This document shows positions 1 to 10,570 of a stretch of DNA of 64,000 bases, piece after piece. Source of the DNA: Selaginella moellendorffii (taxonomy: Eukaryota > Plantae > Lycopodiophyta). The notes under the pieces are model-generated. The model ran no database searches, was not told the DNA's origin, and worked only from the letters and a program-made list of their open reading frames with translations. Each line of letters begins with the position of its first letter. Position 1 is the stretch's first letter. Both the position numbers and the translations under genes were made by a program. The DNA is taken from contig NW_003314340.1 of NCBI RefSeq assembly GCF_000143415.4, positions 124,001-188,000 of the forward strand. The letters are read 5' to 3'.

Positions 1-1272
1 GGAAAGCGTCGCTGCAGCACATGGAGCTGGAGAAGTGCAGGACTCATTCCAGTCAAAGAGTACCCACTGGTTGGAAGCGAGATCCAGTCCAACGTTGCTC
101 CAGCTCACGTCCCTGTGTATCACACGCCGCTCATGGGCGTAACACAGCGCATTGGAGACGTGAAGCAAGGCCCTTAACAGCTCGGGAACGGGCGTGGCTC
201 GCTGGTTCGTATCGAGCCGCGGCGTGAACGTCAAAGTGTACAATCGATCTTCAGGATCACTGTTTCGTTTCCTCTTTCGGGGACAGGCCTTTGTATGACA
301 CTTCTCTGCATTTGGGCAGCCCTGGATGCGTGAGTATGCATTCCACACCTTCTTTGCCTTCTCCAGGTTCATATATCCCTTGATGACCGAGTATCCTGAA
401 AGAACCACGGACTTGCCACCCTTCTCAAGATCCACTTCCTGCACCATGACCGTATCAGAAATCTCGTTTCTCCTTGAGCATAGATCACAAAGGCCCGCCA
501 GAACCCTCCCCAAGTTGAAAAGTATGAGCTGGGACCGCACCCTGTCAGTCATGCTGCTCAGATCCACCGTGACCAAATCTTTGCACTGCACCTTGCCCCC
601 ACCATGGTAGAGTGCACCGAATGTCACGTTGGGACCCCTTGCATGGTAGCCAAGCAGATAGGGCACGTCCTTGTACACCCAGACCAGCTTGTCCATGAGG
701 CCCTGCTTTGGATTCCCTGGCCCCCGAACTGCCTTTTCTTCACCCCGGAACAAAGAATAAAGAGCGCCCACATATCCAACGTAGTCAGGAAGTTGAGACA
801 GTGTCTGCGTCTCGCAGTTTGTGCTCCTTGCGAAAGTCAATGACACAGAAGTCTGCAGGTACCCCTTGATTGCTTCGTGTATAAGCATGTTCCAAAACGG
901 AATGTAAGAAAATTCGGTAGTGCCTTGAAGAGTATAGAACGGCGTTAGAACCTGAGGTTGAAGAGAAAGAGGAAACGCACCAACTTCGGGAGGTTTGATG
1001 ACGCTAAGAGCCAGAAGGCTTTCCAGGTCAACGCAATATGAATTTGGGGTGCCCTTGCTGAACATCCCAGCTAAATCATGGGACTTTAGAGTCGCATACC
1101 TCACGGGGCTCAGCAGAAGAGATAATCCCGCCGGTTTCGATACCAGGAATTCCTTGAGCAATGCAAGATCAGGAACAGCTGGAGTTGCGTATTTCCTGAG
1201 TATGTGGTATGTGGGATCATCAACAACGCCTGTCAGAAAAGTCTCAGATCGTGCACAACCGAAAGAGGGCAT
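1..1272 (-). CDS. Crinkler (CRN)-like protein: restriction-endonuclease-fold domain plus C-terminal kinase-like domain; 3' end lies outside the window
   Basis: Hand translation gives a stop-free frame from ATG 1272 to base 1 (424 codons); it is absent from the ORF track because there is no stop. Motifs: GTTEFSYIPFWNMLI, LPDY...LFRGEEK (PD..ExK-like), DKLVWVYKDVPYLLGYHARG, and kinase-like VIHRDVSWSN...WVLFDW. The true start may lie across the transposon, via a possible 45-nt GTATGC..CTGACAG intron. Confidence 0.8.
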   Translation of the reverse strand, partial: MPSFGCARSETFLTGVVDDPTYHILRKYATPAVPDLALLKEFLVSKPAGLSLLLSPVRYATLKSHDLAGMFSKGTPNSYCVDLESLLALSVIKPPEVGAFPLSLQPQVLTPFYTLQGTTEFSYIPFWNMLIHEAIKGYLQTSVSLTFARSTNCETQTLSQLPDYVGYVGALYSLFRGEEKAVRGPGNPKQGLMDKLVWVYKDVPYLLGYHARGPNVTFGALYHGGGKVQCKDLVTVDLSSMTDRVRSQLILFNLGRVLAGLCDLCSRRNEISDTVMVQEVDLEKGGKSVVLSGYSVIKGYMNLEKAKKVWNAYSRIQGCPNAEKCHTKACPRKRKRNSDPEDRLYTLTFTPRLDTNQRATPVPELLRALLHVSNALCYAHERRVIHRDVSWSNVGLDLASNQWVLFDWNESCTSPAPCAAATLS

Positions 1273-1940
1273 AAGCTCTATTTCGTTAAAGTGGGAATTG
1301 TCATTATCCCACTTGTAAAATAAGGTTTCCAAACCTTTATATAGTATATAAATATAACAAAATTCAACTGCATTGAGGCACATGCCATTTTATTTTAAAC
1401 AAGGAAATGTCTACTCAATCACTTCTCCTCCCCCTGCCACTGCTTCACCTCTCTCTTCTCCTTGTCATCGTCGTTCAATTTCTTTCCATCCTTTTAATAT
1501 TGGCTCAGTTGCTCCGAGTCTAGGTGGAGCCCAAGTCCCCATTCAATCTTTACTTTCCCCTTATTAATAAAACAACTTCGTAGACTTCCAATAACATGCT
1601 GTAACACTTCTAGTATAATGTAAATCCTCTCAAAGAATTGTCTTTTAATATTAATACAATGGCATGGAACCCCATGCCATAATAAGTTACATTTTTAAAT
1701 AAATATATGCCATCTCAGACTGTTATTTTTTGCCTCCAACACCTATACAATAATCTTGGAATTTCATCACTCTCCACACTATCAGGATTTAAACCCAATA
1801 GTAATGCCATCTCTTCTCTAATACGTCCATGCTCATGTTCAGTGGTCGAAGAACCCATCCGGTTGAGCAGATTATGGAGATGCGGATAGTGCTTGGCTAG
1901 ACAATATACATGCCATAAATGATGACTGGTGTCTGTCCGA

Positions 1941-3284
1941 TCAAATGGCTTCTGATGTCGCGAGTGGAATGTTATGGATGCTGAGTGTGTCATTGACCCC
2001 CAGTGTTTTCGAGAGAAGACTCGAGAATTCCTGCAATGGAAATGGCGTGAGGCCACATGCTATGCCACATGCAACGAGGCTTACCTGCCAGGCGCTAGTT
2101 GCTAGTGCACGTCCTTGTCCTGGTTTTTGTGGCTTCTTCAGTTGAACCCAGAGCTTCCGTGTTCGTGCCAATGTCTCGTGCAGACCCGATTTGTAGCACG
2201 TTTCTTGCTTGACATTCTGCGCGTGGGAGATGTATATGATAGATCGGAGGGGCGAGTTGCCTTTTATCAGGCGGACAACTCTTGTCTTGAAGACTTTCTT
2301 CACCTCCTCGCCCACCATAATATCCACAACTATCTCTTGCATCGCCAAGCTAGAATGCTGCCTAGATACGGCATAGAACCGGATGTTCTGATCGTCCAAC
2401 ACCTTCCTATTGATCAAGTCTGGAAACCTCGTCTCGCCCTTCATTGTTCAGTAGTAGGGGATCACGTCTGCGATGTCGAGTGTTACTGGACTTGCCAGCA
2501 TCTTCTGCTTCAGTTTTTCCACCCACTCATCAGATACTAGCATGTGGTTGTATTTGCTTTGGATGTCGATGTGGCTCACGTCGATTGTATATACTTTGTT
2601 GGAATAGTAACAAGTACTATTATCTATGACGATTTTTGCTGCCTCTTCTTGCTCTTTCTGCTCTTTGCGGCTCTTCTTTTTGGTGGGTGTAGTGTTCGAA
2701 CCCGAGGCAATGGCATCACCGAGTAGCTTCTTTTTTGGAGCAGGAGAGTCGGACGTCAGCTTGAGCTTGACCACCCTTTTCTGCTTCGGGGTAGTTTCCA
2801 GATCGACCCCCTTCCCCTTCACTTCGCGAACTGGAGTCACTCTCAACGGCTCAATGTTGGAATATAGTTTTTGAACATCGCCGTAGGTGAGGTCCGTGGA
2901 TTCCATGTGATCTTCATAGACCCGCAGCGTCTTTGAAATTGTGGGCCTCCTAGACAACCTCTCCCTAGCTCCCTCTAGGAATTCCTCATAGCCGCTGCCC
3001 CCCTCCGGGAAGCCGCTAGGATGTGCAAGGTGGATCTTGAAGGCGGACGCTGTCTCTACCACAAGTGCCAGTCCATATTCTTGCATGGAACTGCATGGAG
3101 TGTCTGTCACTTGGATGAGGATCCCCATGTATTCTTTTCTCCCACCATCTGTGTTGTACAGCCTCAGATCCTCGCCTTCCATCCCGAAAGTCCAACTGGT
3201 GAGCTCCTCCCCCTTCTCTGCATCCACATTGATAGTGGCTGGAAGAAGAACGCAATTCCTCGCCTGTTCAAAAATGCACAACAA
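1941..3284 (-). pseudogene. Transposon-borne second gene with a putative ParB/Sulfiredoxin-like domain; premature stop
   Basis: ORFs 2448..3284 and 1941..2444 share a frame and are separated by one TGA (2448-2450). The segment MLVSDEWVEKLKQKML...ADVIP...RFYAVSRQHSSLAM resembles ParB/Srx boxes (Y-hh-xGxH-x2-A). A probable GTAAG..TTGCAG intron lies at ~2084-2031, and further 5' exons are likely up to ~3600. Confidence 0.5.
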
Positions 3285-4166
3285 TTAGAGCTGACAGATG
3301 AAAAGCTAGCAGCTGGAAATAACGTGAGGCCACACGTCATTCACCACTGCATCAGATGTCTTGAGGCTGCATCCTAAGATGGCATGAGGCTACACACCAT
3401 CTGTAACCGGACTGCACTCGAGAGCCCAATCGGTGCATGCCAATGTTGCTACTGAATGGCATGTGGCCTCATGCCATTTTCTACTTGGCCTAAAAGACTT
3501 ACCATTTGAAGCCGAATGGAGGCGTGACAATCGAGGCCGGACTCGTTGGCGAATGTGCACTGTGTGTGCAGCGGATCGTAGCAGCAAGGCTACTCTGCCA
3601 CTTACAGTTGGAGAGTGGCGCTGAAATCTCCCGGGACGCCAAGTGGGCTGCGTGTGGGTGGCGGAGTGGGTGGTGGAGTTGGCGGCGAAGTTACAAACTG
3701 AGTGTGTCTTGAAGTGGACGCCGATGCACACGAGCGCGATGCAAGCGCGATGCGAGCGCGAGTGTGATGCAAGCGCGAGTGGATGCCGATGCACACGAGA
3801 AACCTGTAGAGAAGGTAGATGAGCGCGAATGTGAGCGTGATCGTGAGTGCGAGCGCGAGTACGAAGCAAAATGCAAAACCTAACCTCACACGCGCGAAAT
3901 GTCACGACGGTTGGTAATCCCGCAACATCATCATTCCTCGGACTTGGGCGCCACCATTAATTTCTGGATCGCCGCGCGCATGCATGCACGTGAAATCCAA
4001 AAGAAATCCGTAACGTCATCATTCCTCGGACTGCATGCACGCGAAATCCAAAAGAAAGATCATGATTGGGATATCATTTAATACCCTCGCTATATTTATA
4101 CCATGCATGATTGGATATTCCAAAGCATCTTGTATTTCCAAAAATGCCAGATGTTCAGCTAAATAA

Positions 4167-6092
4167 AGAATGGTATACAATATCCTTCTTGATGACCCTG
4201 CAAAGAAGCATCTCGATCGGACACCACATAAGACCACACGAGCCTTACAATGTTTCAGGGGCATTTGCCATAGATCCGACCGTTATTTTGCTCCAAGATT
4301 CTACAGTTTGGTGTGCATTGACCTTTCCATCGTGCAAAGGGACATCACAATCAGATGTGGGATCACAAGAAACTAACTTCACTAACTCTGGTTTCACCAA
4401 GATCTACGTAAGGAGTTATGAAATGAAAAAACCCTCTCTATTGAAATGTGTTTATGGTCCTAGGGGCATTGTGACATATCAAAGGATTTTGCATCAAGTT
4501 CTGTATTTGCATGTTTATCAAGCTACTGAATTGCTAAACCCTAAACCCTCCCTAAATATGTGGCAAATGCTGCGTGAAGAAAGATGCCCTTTCTGGGCAA
4601 ATGCTGTAAGAGGCAGATGCCGAGCAGTTACACGGCGAATAATCTTGGCGCGGATTGCTGACATGGCATGGCAAAGTTTGAATCACTGACATGGCACAGC
4701 TGGATCGAGGCAAGGACATGATGTGACAAAGTTCAACGTCCGACAACAAAGTCTAGAAGCTACTCAGTTTGAAATTTGTCAGAGGAATTATAAGATCTGG
4801 TTTGTCAAAGGATTTGATGTGACGTTCAAGTGTGTGGGCTCATGCAATTTTGATCCCAAAAAATGCACCAAAAAATGCTCGGCGTCATCTAGCGTTATCT
4901 CTTGAATGGCGTGGGGCTGCATGCCATTTTAAGGGGCACATAGGAGTATATTCCTAGAATATTCTAACACATGCGAGATTTTTTTGAGTTTTCTGGAGAT
5001 CCAACCGTTAGATTGCAACTAGATTTTACAGAATGGTATACAATGTCTTTTTTGATGACCCTGCAAAGAAGCATCTCGATCGGACACCACATAAGACCAC
5101 ACGAGCCTTACAATGTTTCAGGGGCATTTGCTATAGATCCGACCGTTATTTTGCTCCAAGATTTTACAGTTTGGTGTGCATTGACCTTTCCATCGACACT
5201 GCAAAGGGACATCACAATCAGATGCAGGATCACAAGAAACTAACTTCACTAACTCTGGTTTCACCAAGATTTACGTAAGGAGTTATGAAATGAAAGGACC
5301 CTCTCTATTGAAATGTGTTTATGGTCCTAGGGGCATTGTGACATATCAAAGGATTTTGCATCAAGTTCTGTATTTGCATGTTTATCAAGCTACTGAATTG
5401 CTAAACCCTAAACCCTCCCTAAATATGTGGCAAATGTTGCGTGAAGAAAGATGCCCTTTCTGGGCAAATGCTGTAAGAGGCAGATGCCGAGCAGATGTAT
5501 CTCAGGCTAGCGAAGGGGACAAACGAAAGCTAGCTATAAACATGACGGGATGCAAATAGATTACTAGGCTGGTCCTGCGAAAATCAAAAACCATAATTGA
5601 AAACATTGAAAATGCAAAAAGAAAGGTTTATAATATTTTTGAATTTTAAGCAACCAAAGGAATGTAAGTAGGGCATGTGTTTGTAAGTTTAAAAATGCCT
5701 CAACCACTTAAATTCCCAAGTAAATAAAGCTATTTCTATTTTTGGTACAGGTAAACTTTATAGCGTGTGGGCTCATGCAATTTTGAACCCAAAAATGCAC
5801 AAAAAAATGCTCGACTAGCATTATTCTTTGAATGGTGTGTGGCCTTATATTGCCATAAATGGACGTACACACACAGCATAATTATTCCTTTACACGGCGA
5901 ATAATCTTGGTGTGGATCGCTGACATGGCATGGCAAAGTTCGAATCACTGACATGGCACAGCTGGATCGAGGCAAGGACATGATGTGACAAAGTTCAACG
6001 TCCGATAGCAAAGTCTAGAAGTTACTCAGTTTGAAATTTGTTAGAGGAATCATAAGATCTGGTTTGTCAGAGGATTTGATGTGACGTTCAAG
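4167..6092 (+). repeat. Shuffled internal direct repeats of the DNA transposon (A-B-C ... A'-C'-B')
   Basis: 4167-4627 matches 5030-5494, 4628-4830 matches 5890-6092, and 4831-4927 matches 5764-5857. This explains the near-identical ORF pairs in the track. Confidence 0.9.
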
Positions 6093-6446
6093 CGTGTGTT
6101 ATTTTTGAATTCTCGAACTCATTCCTAGGTCTATCATTTTTGTGCGCCGTGTTCTTGGTTTCACTGAGCGCAATGAGCGCTGCTTGTGTAAGCGGCATTG
6201 TGAGCTGTGGTTTATGCGTCTACGAGTGGTTGCGGCATTGCAAGCGCCATTGCGAGCGGCAGTTTATGCGAGTGGCAGTTTGTGCGAGCGGCGCTACGAG
6301 CAGTTGCGGTGTTGCGAGTGGCGCTACGAGTAGTTGCGGTGTTGCGAGCGGCACTGTCTTTGGTGTGGCTACCGCTTCCTCTTGATATTCGGCACTTGTG
6401 CTTCCTGGTATGTTCACCATGGAATGGCTTAGGACCACATTTAGAA

Positions 6447-6664
6447 ATGGCATGAGGCCACATGCCATCTTGGGCCCTTGCAATTTCATGGCTAGCGTAT
6501 TGTCATGTATGTTTTTACTTGCCTGCAGCTGTGTGTATATCAAGATGGCATGAGGCCTCATGCCATCTTGGGGCCTTGCAAGTTCATCACTAGCATATTG
6601 CCAATAGTTTCTTTACCTGCCTGTAGCTGTGTGTTTATCAAGATGGCATGAGGCCTCATGCCAA
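6447..6664 (+). repeat. 98-bp tandem repeat (~2.2 units), each unit starting with the palindrome
   Basis: Palindromes at 6447, 6545 and 6643 are exactly 98 bp apart with similar spacers. Confidence 0.88.
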
Positions 6665-6815
6665 TTTTGTGAATGCGGAATTTCACGTGGGTGTCAATAG
6701 CATGTTTGAATAATGGCATGTGGCCTCATGCTATTGAGGTTGTTTGGTATGTTATGATTTAGGCCATTCTCCAATCATTTTTTGTATGGTCTTAACTTCT
6801 TTCTGCACTTTTAGA

Positions 6816-9698
6816 ATGGCCTTCAGAGTTGGGGAAAAGGTTTACATTTTGAATGGTGGGAAGAGAGTTGCAAAAGGGACCCTTGTGTCTATGGATCGGA
6901 ACTTTGTTATACACTGTCAAAGGCTTGGGGAAGGCAATGCTGCTGTATCAGTAGAGACTGTCTTCGATGGGAATGTGGTCCCTATTGAACGAGGAGAGAT
7001 GGTCGTCGGGGTAAATGTTGTTGTTGCCTTGAAAAATCTTTAGAAGAAAGCAGATGTTGGGGACAGCGCAAGTGCGACGCATGTTCCCTCCGTGGATCTT
7101 AAGAACTGTGCTACATGGATTCAGTCAAAGGTGTTTCTAAACAACCCCGAGGGGGAGGTGGTAGCTGAGGGCTTAGCCACAGTTGTCGATCCAAGAGATG
7201 CGGTTGCTAATCAAGAATTGGGCTGGGATGATATTGGAGTTGCGATTTTAGAGGTTGTTGACACAGAAGAAAACAGTCTGACTATTGGAAGCATTGTGCG
7301 GTGGAAATTGAGGCACTTAGTGTTTGAGAATGTGAAGGATTCACAATCAAACACCACTACGACTGATGACAGAACATCTCTTCATGGGAAAAGAAAGTAC
7401 ACCTTCCTAAAGCGCAGCCAAAGGGATCTGAGCAACGAACCGAAAAGGCAGAAAATGGTGATGGAGGTTGGAATGGTCTCGACAGTTGCTTGTTGCAAGA
7501 GGAGGTGCTGTCAACATGCTGATTGGGATGCTATTGAAGAGGAGAGAGCAAGATACAAGACATTGTCTTGGAAGGCAGCTCGCAATTTTGTGTATGAGGC
7601 ATTACGGTCATCTGTTGATGCTTCAGAACATCAGGTGGGGCGCATGGTCTTCCAGAGGGGTTTGGTCTGCATGAAGGCATGGAGAATCATTTATGGAGTC
7701 CCTCGAACCACATTCTACAGAATCAAAACTGAGTTCGAGGAACAAAGGGTTCAACAGGCAGTCCATGGGAACAACGGTACGCACAAAACCAGGGGTCATG
7801 TTGTATATGGAGAGGCAATCTTCAAGAGGTTTGTCGAGACATGTAGCGAACAGCAACCACATAAAACCCGCCTCTTGGAAGATGGAACACGAGACACCTA
7901 ACGAGTTCTCCCTTCCATGTATACCAAGGGGGCCATATTAGAAGATGTGAATCGGGAACTCCAGAGTAATGGCTACAGAAAGTTGAGCCAATCTAGATTT
8001 AGTAGATTGTGGAGCAACAGGTTCAGGGATGTGAGTATAGGAAAGTACTCCAGCTTTTCAAAGTGTGATGAGTGCACTGTTATCAAAATGGCTTTGTCAA
8101 AGAATTCTTGCATCGCTCAAGAGCGAGAGACGTTGGTTAGAAGGCGGCTCGACCACAACATCGAGAAGAGAAGTTGCAGGACTGCATATTATCATAACAG
8201 GATTCTCTCCATGGAGAGACCTGACTCTTACCTCTGCATCATCCACGACAAAATGGACCAGAAAAAGACGTGTTTACCTCGACTCAATCCTGCCCCCAAG
8301 GCAATCTCTTCATCCATGCAGCTGCCTGTGTCTCTATTTGGCATAATCGCTCATGGGCATGGTGCCCAGAACTATGGGAACTTCTTTGTACCTCTATGGG
8401 GTGGCAGGGGTGCAAACATGATGATTGCGTCCCTAGCAAAACACTTAAGGTCTTTGCAAAGTGCGCAGACTGAGCTGAACGGCCAACCCTTGCATAAGGC
8501 CCTTGTCGATCGAACCCCATATAGGGTTCAGCTGGAGGAGGAGCAAAGGCTTGCAGTATCGTGTGGGGCCCCATGCCATCCCAGTGAATATGTTGGTCGT
8601 CAGATGGTAGGGTTATCACGTGAGGCCTCATGCCATTCCGACGAGGCTGGTCGCCTGGTGAATGCACAGCCTCATCCAAACGAAGCAGAATCTCAAGGAA
8701 GTTCTTGCGGCCGATGTGGCCTTCCACCCCATCTTCTGCTCCAAACAGACAATGCTGGCAGTGAGAACAAAAACATATACGTCTTCGCGTACTTGGCGAT
8801 GCTTGTTGCCAAAGGCATATTTGAAATGGTTACACTTGGCTTTCTCATGGTTGGGCACACTCATGAAGACGTCGATGCCATGTTCAGTCACTTGGCAGAG
8901 TCCCTCCGGCGATCCAATGTCCGCACCCTCCCACAACTCTACGATGAATTCCAAAATTGCATCAAAGGCACTGTTGAAGCTGCACTTGTGACAGAGGTTC
9001 CAGACTTTAAGGGGTTTGTAAGAGGCTACATCAGGGACGGATCCGAAACGCTGATTGGCCACTCCAAGCCTCTTCAGTTTCATTTCAGCATGCGTGACGG
9101 TGCTCCAGTGATGAGGTACAAGATGAGAGAATGGGACACAGTGTGGCTGCCAGTGGACGGCATTGAACTCTTCAAGAGAAATCCCATAACTGGGGAACCT
9201 ATGATTCCTCAGGGTTCCCCATGGCCGATGCACCCAGATGGACTCAAAGACCAGGAAAGTATAGTGGCCGAGATTAGACAGCATATTGCCTTCTGGAAGA
9301 GGGGGTTGGTGTTTGGTGGAGAATCCTATTTTCAGAGGTGCAAGCCTTTGCTCGAATACTGGGAGAAGATTATATCTGCTATCCAAAATGGGCCGGTTGT
9401 ATATGAAGAATTGGAAGAGTCCTTTTGGCCAGAACCCAAAGCACCAGATAGTAGCGGAACAATGTCCTCTGGAAATGCAGTGACAGATAACGATGTTGAG
9501 GATCACTATTGTGGGCTGAGGAACAAGAAGCCGGATTCAGCATTCAATCCAGTACAGGTCTGCAAAGGAATGGTCATGCTTGTCAAACCCAGTAATAAAA
9601 AACAAATGATATGGGTGGGGCGCTGCATCACTGATGCAGAGGAGGACGCGGAAACTAACTCTTTCAATGTAACTTCAGATTCGGCTTATTCACCTTGA
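6816..9698 (+). pseudogene. Sola-like DDD transposase (~960 codons) with two in-frame stops
   Basis: ORFs 6744..7043, 7092..7901 and 7917..9698 are one frame from ATG 6816, broken by TAG 7041-7043 and TAA 7899-7901. Motifs: CCKRRCC, VCMKAWRIIYGV, FSKCDEC, HDKMDQ, LQTDNAGSENKN, FLMVGHTHEDVDAMFS. Confidence 0.8.
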
Positions 9699-10570
9699 CA
9701 ATGAGATTTATTATACAACCAGATGGACTCAGTCTGGACACAAAGTCACCGCGCTAGTCACCATGCCCTAGATATGTCTAGCCCCTGGACAAAAAACATA
9801 TAATTTCACGTCATTTTCAAATACTTGAAAATTTGTACTTAGTCCCATTTTACTGAATAAATCCCACTTTAACGAAATAGAGCTTGCATACCTTCAACCA
9901 ATGTCACTCAAGCTTGCACGACGTGGCGGAAGAGAGCTTCGGCTGTGAGAAGAGCGGCATCGAGCACCGGCTGGAGGGTATTACCCAAAGCTTTCTTGCT
10001 GATTCAAACAAGCGATTCCCTGGCCCACGGCAGGAGAGATTCAGCCTGGGTAGAGCTCAGAGATTCGACAGCAGCTTGGAGTACCCTATGAGCACCCAGG
10101 TACGAGCGAGGATCGTCCAGAAACCTCTCGGCTCCACCACCCCCACAAGATCGTCAAGCTAAACACATGGAATACTTTTTAGGAGTTCCAGTGGATAATC
10201 TCTCAAGATCTGTAGGGATCTTAAATTCAAATAAAATTTTAATATTTCTATATATAGTTTTTTAAATCTAATTTATTATAAATAATTTAAAAATATATAG
10301 GTATATTATTTTAGAAAACAGTAATAGTAATTTTTGATTACCAAAAATAAGAATAAAAATTTAAAATAATTCAGAAATATATATATATGAATCAAATAAA
10401 ACCTCTAAATAAAAACTATAAAAAATTCATTAAAAATGATCTTTATAGTAAAAGAGCATGGTATTTAATCTTTTTTTAATTTTTAGTATGTTTTTAAGAT
10501 CATGTATATTTTTAGAAAATTTATACACTAAATAAATAACATATTTATATTAAATGAAAATAATTGGTAT

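Larger units (their letters stand above)
1659..8636. repeat. Dispersed 22-bp palindrome, consensus ATGGCATGAGGCCTCATGCCAT, at least 12 copies
   Basis: Copies start at 1659, 2042, 3319, 3379, 3456, 4906, 6447, 6545, 6643, 6713, 8558 and 8615. 6541-6570 is a perfect 30-bp palindrome. Confidence 0.9.
1273..9885 (+). mobile_element. Sola-like cut-and-paste DNA transposon, 8.6 kb, both ends intact
   Basis: Perfect 24-bp TIR AAGCTCTATTTCGTTAAAGTGGGA at 1273-1296 with its reverse complement at 9862-9885. 4-bp TSD GCAT at 1269-1272 and 9886-9889. Contains a DDD-type transposase. Confidence 0.88.

Noticed and set aside
3390-3905. Arg/His/Ala-rich ORFs (also 6140-6561)
   Set aside because: Low-complexity GCGA/GTGA sequence; may include small exons but no recognisable product.
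4111-5559. Duplicated ORFs of 68-192 aa
   Set aside because: They arise from the internal repeat, and frames are not conserved between copies.
6447-6734. Regularly spaced palindromes resembling a CRISPR array
   Set aside because: The spacers are similar to each other (tandem duplication), there are no cas genes, and the context is eukaryotic.
8628-9506. 292-aa antisense ORF
   Set aside because: Shadow of the transposase with no motifs.
9890-10165. Upstream coding exon of the CRN-like gene beyond the transposon
   Set aside because: All three minus frames hit stops within ~20 bp of the junction; it may be UTR or decayed.
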